From Eledone cirrhosa (taxonomy: Eukaryota), in assembly GCA_964016885.1 (NCBI GenBank), contig OZ024742.1, forward strand, positions 258,416,001 to 258,480,000: a stretch of 64,000 nt of DNA. The letters are read 5' to 3'. Positions 55,498 through 64,000 of the stretch are shown in pieces. Below the pieces are notes generated by a model. The model did not search any database, had not been told where the DNA came from, and saw only the letters and a program-made list of their open reading frames with translations. Position numbers and translations under genes: made by a program. Each line of letters starts with the position of its first letter. Within the stretch, counting starts at the first letter, position 1.

Positions 55498-55746
55498 CAC
55501 TCTTAGTACGGCTGATACTTAAGTGTAAGTATGTATGTACACGCACATAGATATATGTATACAGACGTACAGTAGTATGTATATATACATATATACATTC
55601 ATGCACACATATATATATATATACGTATGGGTTTACCGTACATTTATTATAATTTTCGATTTGTTTGTAAACAAACAGCCCGAATTACGCCGTACAGTGT
55701 TTAGGCAGCCATCGTCGCCTTTTTGTTCAACACTGACACAGGAACG
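55498..55746. mobile_element. MITE-like element, copy 2 (retains the opposite complete TIR)
   Basis: Starts cactcttagtacggctgatacttaa, like 5107, but its body is inverted relative to 5150-5340. Confidence 0.6.
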
Positions 55747-55874
55747 ATGTACTAGTGTCAAGCTTATCGGCTATCGTCAGCATCGTATATCTTCCTGTTA
55801 GATGTTTGAACGTCTGAAAGTATATACTTTACTTATGCATATATATATATATACATCCATATTTATATATTTGT

Positions 55875-56054
55875 GTCTACTTTAAGCACAAGCCCAGCAA
55901 TACCCAGTTCATTACTGGTACTTTATTTTATCGACCCCGTAAGGATGAAAGGCAAAATCAACCTCGGCGGGATTTGAACTCAGATCGTAAAGGGACGTAA
56001 CTATGCTGGAAAGCATGGCGTCCGACCTTCTACCGATACTGCCAATCCACCGCC
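55875..56054 (-). mobile_element. tRNA-derived SINE (same family as 35590-35780)
   Basis: A box TGGCAGTATCGG, B box GTTCAAATCC, same body and tail. Confidence 0.85.
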
Positions 56055-56089
56055 ATATTTATACATTGATCACATATATGGTCTTCACC

Positions 56090-57085
56090 AGCCTGGTGGT
56101 AACTCCTGAGATCAAACACGAAAACAAAGATGGGTGAGATTTATGAGTTCGGCATAATCTTCTCAGTGACGATCACTATAGATTAGTAGAGTCAGTAGAT
56201 ATTCAAAGATGTCCTCCGTATTCTCCATGCAAACATATTCCATGAACTCATCATCACCCAGGATAGTTGGATAATAACACTTAACGATGGTGTCCAGGCG
56301 TTTCTGGAACATTCGAATACTGGGAAACATTTCTTTCAAAACCAATTCAAGAATGTGATGGCGGCAAGGCAATCACAAAAGGGAATTTGATTCTATGTTT
56401 TTATTGGCTCCTGGTGCATGCCAGTGTTACTGGTGGTGGTCTCGAAGGACATACCGATTATTCTAGCCTCAATTCTGAGTCGTTGAAATAACTTCAGGGT
56501 CTTGTCATCCTGTTCCATCTCTCAAAATATGAACACATAAAAGCTCCTGTTTTTTTCATCTAACTAAAATTGCAATCTTATCTTCGAGTGTACTCAATCA
56601 CGAAAACGATAGTAATAATTCTCCATCCTTGTGGAGGAATACCCAGGAATTGTCTTCAGGTGGGAAAACGGATTACCTGATTGTCTCAGCCTCCATCTCA
56701 CAGTGACTGGTTCTTTCTCGATAAAGAGTTGAAGGAGAAATCGAAAGTTCAGATACATCCTGACCAAGATACTTCACAATTGTGAATATAAGAAGTACTT
56801 ACCTGTTATACCGTTGAGAATCGGATATATTTGCAGTGATTTTCGGGTTGGTACTGAGTTGGAGATTTCATCATCATCATCACTAATAGATGAGTTGGAT
56901 GATGAACTTTCAACTTTATCGGAGATCTTCTTAACTTCATCCTTTCTCTTTCTTACTTTCATATTGTGAATTTTCTCTTCTTGCTTTTCAATGGCACTTA
57001 TCGATACCAGCTGTTGTTGAAAACATCCTATGTTCCGACTGTATCCCAAGGAAATTTTGTCTTTAGATAGGAGATCCATTCGCAG
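56090..57085 (-). mobile_element. Decayed DNA transposase, hATm-like
   Basis: Minus-strand LHKDGELL, IGMSFETTTSNTG and LPCRHHILELVL resemble the HWDGK / FDTTxSNTG / LACRHHIxE motifs. Confidence 0.65.
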
Positions 57086-57514
57086 CTAACTTACCTGCAA
57101 ATTGAAATTATGTTGTTTTGAAAGACACGCTTAAATGAGAGAAAGGGATATTTATTGTATGTCTAGTTAATACTAAATACTTGAGCTCTAACGCCTCTTT
57201 GTGAGTTTAGCCGAACTCAGCTGCACAGAAGACTGCGTATCTCTTTCCGAGTAATTAACAAACTAGCTTGTTTACTCCATGGAATTTCCACGGTCTAATT
57301 TGAAACAACTACCAAGTATTAAATAGTTATTTTGAATATTCCATAAATAAATCATTCACAAACACACATACACACTCCCCCACACACATACTTAACCATA
57401 TGTATCAGTATCTTATAATTTACTACAATACAATACATTTGTTTTATATAACCAATATATATAAATTCACATTCCTAAAATATATGTGTATATGTGCGTG
57501 ATTTTTTCCTGCGC

Positions 57515-57700
57515 TCAGCGTTCATAGATTGACTTTTTTAGTTTCAGAAGATCCCGTTAAGGGTGAAAGCAGCGATTATTTGCTTAAACTTTAATCTGCT
57601 ATTTGAATAAATATTTTCTCTACGGTTCTTATATATCTGATATATATTTATCCTTATCGAGCCATCTTTGGATTTTAGTCTTCAAATTTATTATTATTAC
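57515..57700 (+). repeat. Direct copy of about 9640-9830
   Basis: ttagtttcagaagatcc.gttaagggtgaaagcagcgatt...tagtcttcaaatttattattattact. Confidence 0.88.
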
Positions 57701-57743
<43 letters not shown>

Positions 57744-58075
57744 TAATTCTACACTAATACTTCACCCTCTAACGACCGCCACACGACAAATATAAACACA
57801 CTATTTTTCAAAATTTATCAAGCGTCTATAATAACGGTATTTTTCTGTTTTAATGTATCCCTATTAATTTATATCCTTCGAATTTAAAGATTTTCTCTCA
57901 CTGCCCATTGTTTGCTGTCGTTGTAGGGTCACGCTCTGGGTATGTCAATATCTTAACACTAAATATTGTATTTTGTCTGAAGAAAGTATACTATAATCTA
58001 AGTATCATTGAAATATGTATAATGAAATAAATATGTTGTTATAAAGATATTTTCCATTTATTAATATTTTTAATA

Positions 58076-58292
<217 letters not shown>

Positions 58293-58475
58293 AATATTAA
58301 GGATACTATTTATAGCTATGTATATTCTAAACTATAAACAACTATAAATAGGGAAGGCCAGTAATTTACTACCTTATTACCAGTAAGATAAATAGCTCAA
58401 TGTAAGAACATCAGTTGTTTTACAGAGCAGTAATATTGAATTCACAAATCAAAGCTATGTTCAAAACATTTATCC

Positions 58476-58520
58476 GCTGACAATTGTTTCTTCCAGACCT
58501 AGGTTTGGTGTCTTCGGAGC
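58476..58520 (-). ncRNA. HHR-like motif, CCGAAGA core variant (left arm)
   Basis: gct CCGAAGA caccaaacctaggtctggaa GAA ACAATTGT C agc. Confidence 0.6.
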
Positions 58521-59132
58521 ACTTTTAATGTTTGTACGTATATAATTTACGTCCTACTCAACGTAAGAGACATACAGATACATATATATATTTTGATGTA
58601 CAGTGTGGAGTTGATGCGACCTGTATCATATTATACCATATGTGTACAGTAATTGAAATTAAGATTATAATCAAAATTCAAAAACAAGATTATAAGCACA
58701 GGTTGGAATACATGCCACAGATAATACAGATAATACAGGAGAATAGTCTAATAATCAAATTAAACAGATATTATATGCGTTAGTCTCATATAGGGGGATA
58801 GAAAAAGCAAATGTGTCACGTATATATGAGTACTGTGTGGCAAGGCATTACATGAAATACAAGCACTTTCAGCGGGTATGTAAGTGTATTATGATGGTTG
58901 CAGTGTGAGGATATGTTCTGTATAGTTCAAATTTGTATGTGTGCAGAAAAAGGAAATTTTAATCTTGTTTTTTTTAATTTTGATTTTGATCTTAATTTGA
59001 ATCACTGTACAAATATGGTATAATATCGCATTAACTCCACACTGTACATCAATATATATATATATATATATATATCTGTATGTCTCTTACGTTGAGTAGG
59101 AGGTAAATGATATATGTACAAACATTAAAAAT

Positions 59133-59177
59133 GCTCCGAAGATCCCAAGACTTGGATTGGAAGAAACAATTGTCAGC
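59133..59177 (+). ncRNA. HHR-like motif, CCGAAGA core variant (right arm)
   Basis: gct CCGAAGA tcccaagacttggattggaa GAA ACAATTGT C agc. Confidence 0.62.
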
Positions 59178-59231
59178 GGATAAATGTTTTGAACATGGCT
59201 TTGATTTGTTGTGAATTCAATATATATATAT

Positions 59232-62200
59232 GTTTCTTTTATTTGCCACCAGGGCATCAAAAGTGGGACAAGTACAATGGGGGGAGTTTACAAAACAAGG
59301 CGTCCTCAATAAGGAGGAGGCAATAACAATATATAAAAATAAAATAAAATATAACAAAAAATAAAATTTATAACAAAGTCCTCAATAGAGAGGAGGCGCC
59401 TTGGGGGGTCGCACACACCCCCGAAAAAAGTGTGCAACCCTTCTCCTCAGGAGCACAGAGAAGGGGTGCTCCCTTGGTCTTTCATCTTCCTCACCTATAG
59501 TCTGATGTAGAGTGAAGGCCCATTCACACGGGCCATTCTCGCCACTTTCACCCATCTTTCATAGAAACGGCTGGGGTGCAGCACCTCTCTCTCCATCCTG
59601 ATCCTTCTTCCGAAATGATATCGGAAGAAACGGACCAGTTGTTGGCCAGAGAGAAAGGTGTCTGACCTCAGTCCTTTCAGACGCGTCCACCATACAACCT
59701 CTTTCGCCATGGCTATTACGCACAGAAACACCGCCTCTCCTTCGTCTTTGAAGAGGGGAGGCGGCTTGATCGTTACAATAGACTCGGTGGTCAACCGGAT
59801 TGGTCCCACCCTTGAGAGCAGTTGTTCGACATAACCCCACAGATCGGCAATGCCCGAGCAGTGTACCAATGCGTGTGCAACGGTTTCCTCGTCGTACACG
59901 CATCTGGAACAGATCTTTTTCGATGGGTCCCTACCCTGGCGCCCGTGTCTGTAGAGCCTTTCTCGAACGGGCAGAGCCCTTCTGTAGCATTGCCAGGCCA
60001 GGGACCTCTGGAAGTTATCCATGGGTCCCGGGCTGAATGTCCTACCGAACAGGTTTGCCAGTTCGTCTTCCTCCATGCCTAGGGCTTCTCCGAGGGCGTC
60101 GTCGCACCTGCTAACCACCAGCCCTCTACAGAATGACGAGGTGGATTCTCCACTGACAGCCGGGTCCGCCTGCCAGAGAGCCGTGAGTGCCTGGGCACAC
60201 TCGGTGTGCCAGGCGCCCAGTTTTCTCGGTATTTGCTTGACCCAGGATTGCAGCTCGGTGAGTGAGACGAGTCTGGGAAAGGCTCGCCTCACAAACGGGG
60301 CCCACACCGGTTGACCGGAGAGGAATACCTGAAGGTGCCGTAGCCTTAATGCGTGTTTATGTATCATTAGCCACGGCATCCCCAGCCCTCCTTTCAAAGG
60401 GTGTTGACAGCAGATGGATCTCCTCACCATAGGAGCCCGCTTCTTCCAAAGGAATTGGAAGAGTGCGCGCTCCATTTTGGCGAGCGTTTCCCTTGGGCAA
60501 GGCACAACGGTCAGGCGGTAGTAGATGACGGACGCTATATAAGTGTTCGCCACCTCCGCCCGTCCTTTCAGGGACAGTTTGCACTCGGCCCACTTCTGGG
60601 TCAGTGCAAACACCCTGTTCGTCACCTCACCCCAGTTCTTCTCCACCTGGAGGTCTGGTCCGAACCAGACCCCGAGCAACTTCACCGGGCCCTCCGTCCA
60701 GCGCCCGACGACGCCATCGGAGGGCATCGATCTGCCCCTCCACGTGCCGAGTTGCAGACCGATCGACTTGTCCCGGTTCAGCTTAGCCCCTGTAAACCTT
60801 TCGTACTCCTCCAGTAAGGTGCCGATCGCCCTGATTTCCGAGGCCGTCGACACCATTACTGTTACGTCATTGGCGTAGGCTGACACCGCTTTCCGCAATC
60901 CCGGTTCCAACGGGATGCCCTGCAACAACTCCAAGTTCCGCAGCAGTGGCTCTAGAGTCATTATATACAGAAGGGAGGAGAGAGGGCACCCCTGTCGGAT
61001 GGACCGCGCGATTTCGAACGGCTCCGAGAGGTAGCCGTTCACCTTGACCCTAGAGCAGATGCGGCTGCTGTGCATGGCATTGATCCAGCCCCTGAAAACG
61101 GGTCCGAAGCCTGCCGCCGCTAGCACCGCATCCAGGTAACCATGGTCGACCCTATCGAATGCCTTAGATTGATCCAAGTTGAACAGGGCCCCACCAAAGC
61201 CGGGTTTGTTCCCAACCCTCTCTATGATGTATCGCATGAGGTGGAGGTTATCGTGGATGGACCTGGACGGGATAGCACATGTCTGCGCATCCCCACCAGG
61301 TTGCCCACGACAAGCGCCAACCTCTTTGCTAGCACCTTGGCCAAAATCTGTAACTCTGTATTTAGCAGAGTTATGGGCCTGAAATTATTTATATCGTCCC
61401 CCTTGTTCTCGTCCTTCCTCACTAGCGTGACTACGCCCTTGGTCACTGCACAGGGAATTCTCCCGTTCTGTTGCCAGTTGCAGTAGACCGCCTCGAGGAG
61501 TTCGGGGAACAAGTCCGGCATAGCTAGATATAGTTCGTATGGAAGACCATCGAGACCCGGGGATTTGCGTTTGCCGCATTGGCTCAGCACGTCCTCTATC
61601 TCAGCGGCTGAAATCGGCTCCTCGCAGGACTTCGCCTCCCTGTCCGAGAGACGCGGCAGGCCGTCGAGGTATGGACCGAAGTCCACGTTCCCAACCGGCC
61701 CCCCGCCCCTTCCGAACAATCCGGCAAAGTGCTTTTGAAAAGCCTCGCACATCTGCTTAGGTTCAAGGATCACCCGTCCATGCTGGTCTCGCAAAGACTT
61801 GATAGTGGATCTGCTCCCTCTTTTGGCTTCTGTCACGCGGGCCCAGCTAACAGCTTTGGTCCCCTCGTTTCCCAGAGCACGTATTTTGCTTCGGACGATG
61901 CAGCCTTCGTGTTTCGCGTCGAAGAACTGGCCCTAGGCCGTTCTCGACGCTAGCACTCTGGCCACGTCGCCGCTTCTAAATGCCTCTTCTACACTATCTA
62001 CCAACTCCCTTTCCTTCCTATTTCTATTTGAGGCTAACTCCTTACTAAATTCTATAGAGACTACTCTAATCTCTCTTTTGAGAGATCCCCGCCACCTGCT
62101 GTTGACGATGGCGCCCGTCAACCGCTCCTTAACTAAAGTGCTAATCCGGTTCCTGTAAGCCTTACTTGCCGGTAAGGACAAGTTGAGCTTCCAGTAACCG

Positions 62201-62556
62201 GGTCCCTGTCTATGAGTTCTGTCAAGATTGACCATGCAGGTCACTAATTTGTGGTCTGAATAGCCAACCATGCGCATTTTTGGACAACTTAAAAAGTCCT
62301 TATCCTTAATTCTAACTAAGAATCTATCTAGGTACGACCTAGATGATCCGCTACGATTTGCCCAAGTCCATGTTGGCGCAGTCGGAAAATCTAGTCGATA
62401 TATATCGGCCAGGTCAAATCGACCGATTAACCCTTTGAGGCTATTACACCCATCTCTATCGGGGCAGGCCCCTACGTAGTCCCAGCGTGCATCTAGGATA
62501 CCATTCCAGTCCCCCACTAATAGCAAGGAGCGGGACGTCCCTAGAAAAGTCTCCAA
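59232..62556 (-). mobile_element. Tx1-clade LINE, subfamily D, 5'-truncated within the APE domain; 3' end in (TA)n
   Basis: ORFs 61933-62628 (GDWN, SYLDR, SDH), 61222-61836 (KSPGLDG, FRPITLLN) and 59495-61237 (RQGCPLS, AYAND, CSRC...HALVHC). The tail is gccctggtggcaaataaaagaaac. Confidence 0.92.
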
Positions 62557-62582
62557 TAGAGAGAGAGATATATATATATATA

Positions 62583-62642
62583 TTTCATTTAACAGTGGTT
62601 TCTTGAAAGCAACCAAAATTGATTTCATTCATCAGAATGAAA
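62583..62642 (-). ncRNA. Hammerhead ribozyme, left-arm copy (stem III mutated)
   Basis: tttcatt CTGATGA atgaaatcaattttggttgctttcaa GAAA ccactgt TA aatgaaa. Confidence 0.65.
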
Positions 62643-63794
62643 AAATCCTGGTCTCTTTATTGACAGTAGATTTGAAAAACAAAAATATAACAGATATGAA
62701 AGTGAGGCTGGAGGAAAAAAAAAGGGGGGGGGGAGGCGGGGAATAATAATAAATAAAAATATATAACAACACACACGTATACACACACACGCACATACGC
62801 ACACACGCACACACGCTCACATATACACACATATATACATATATATATACATATATACAGGCATATATACACATATATATACACAGACACATATACACAC
62901 ACATACACATATATATATATATATATCCATACATAAACACACCAACACACACACGCACACATATATATATATATAAATATATATATACATATACATATTT
63001 ATATACATATTTATATACATATACATATTTATACACATACACATACATACATACATACATACATACATACACACACACATACATACACACATATATAGAC
63101 ACATGCATACGTACTCACATATAAAAGGATACATATGCACACACCTTTTTTTTATTATTGTTATTTTTATTTTAAATTTTGCCGTCTTGTATCGCTGTCA
63201 ACTTTATAATATATTTTATTTTTTTATTTTTTATTTTCTTAATCCTTATTTTTTATTTGCTTATTTGTATGTGACGGCCTACTATGATTATTTATTCTTA
63301 TTTGTGTGTGTGCATATGTATCCTTCTATATGTGAGTACGTATTCATGTGTGTATATATGTGTGTATGTATATATGTGTGTATGTATTTATGTATGTGTA
63401 TATGTATATACATGTATTTATATATATATGTATATGTATATAAATATGTATGTGTGTGCACGTATATATATATATATATATATATGTGTGTATATATATA
63501 TATATATCTATATTTATATGTATATATATATATATGTGCGTGTTGGTGTTTTTACGTATGTGTGTGTGTATGTGTGTGTATATGTGTCTCTGTGTATATA
63601 TAGGTGTATATATGCGTGTATATATGTATATATGTGTGTATATGTGAGTGTGTGTGCGTGTGTGCGCGTGTTCGTGTGTGTTATATATTCTTATTTATTA
63701 TTATCCCCCCCCCCCTTTTTTTCCTCCAGCCTCACTTTCATATCTGTTATATTTTTGTTTTTCAAATCCACTGTCAATAAAGAGACCAGGATGT

Positions 63795-63854
63795 TTTCAT
63801 TCTGATGAATGAAAGCAATTTTCGTTGCTTTTTAGAAACCACTGGTAAATGAAA
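63795..63854 (+). ncRNA. Type I hammerhead ribozyme
   Basis: tttcatt CTGATGA atgaaagcaa ttttcg ttgcttttta GAA ACCAcTGGT A aatgaaa: 7-bp stem I and GUA site. Confidence 0.85.
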
Positions 63855-64000
63855 TAATTATCTTATGTTGTTTATTACATAACTAATAAGTTCTGTAACT
63901 TACATAGAGCACTCTTTTTTCCTGGACCTTTCCGACGGAATTACTTCACATATATATATATATACATATATATATATGTAGTGACATACATTTCGCGGGC

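Larger units (their letters stand above)
58293..59223. mobile_element. Non-coding PLE-type fold-back insertion: inverted arms about 58433-58692 / 58961-59223, each with an HHR-like motif
   Basis: The arms mirror each other. The left arm has an extra tail of about 140 bp, and both ends meet (TA)n. Confidence 0.78.
62582..63950. mobile_element. Non-coding PLE-type fold-back insertion: inverted arms of about 560 bp (62582-63144 / 63303-63855) containing TA/TG microsatellite, with an HHR at each outer end and a 95-bp tail on the right
   Basis: The arms mirror each other, and both termini meet (TA)n. Confidence 0.8.

Noticed and set aside
59495-61237. 580-aa ORF as an active or domesticated RT
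   Set aside because: The catalytic YADD reads YAND, the upstream part is frameshifted, and the element is 5'-truncated.

Overview
This is AT-rich eukaryotic DNA made almost entirely of repeats. The SINE types and microsatellite load suggest a mollusc, probably a cephalopod (inference). I found no supportable host gene, rRNA, tRNA gene or CRISPR array. Two microsatellite-based mobile-element communities dominate. (1) About 15.2-47.2 kb is a nest in an (AAT)n/(ATT)n array: five long Tx1-clade LINEs (gag-knuckle ORF1; APE-RT-Zn ORF2), several R4/Dong-like RLE LINE fragments and tRNA-derived SINEs. Their strand polarity is strict, except for an apparently flipped block at about 24.4-35.3 kb. (2) The (TA)n-rich flanks (1-14.1 kb and 47.6-64 kb) hold Penelope-like (PLE) remnants and many fold-back palindromes. 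At least six loci carry type I hammerhead ribozyme (HHR) cores, and some palindromes fold back at ribozyme stem II. Also present are RTE and CRE LINE relics, a hATm-like transposase relic, a Helentron/HINE-like relic, a small MITE family and a sixth Tx1 copy whose 3' end sits in (TA)n. Coordinates were read by eye: short motifs should be exact to a few bases, and element ends are approximate.
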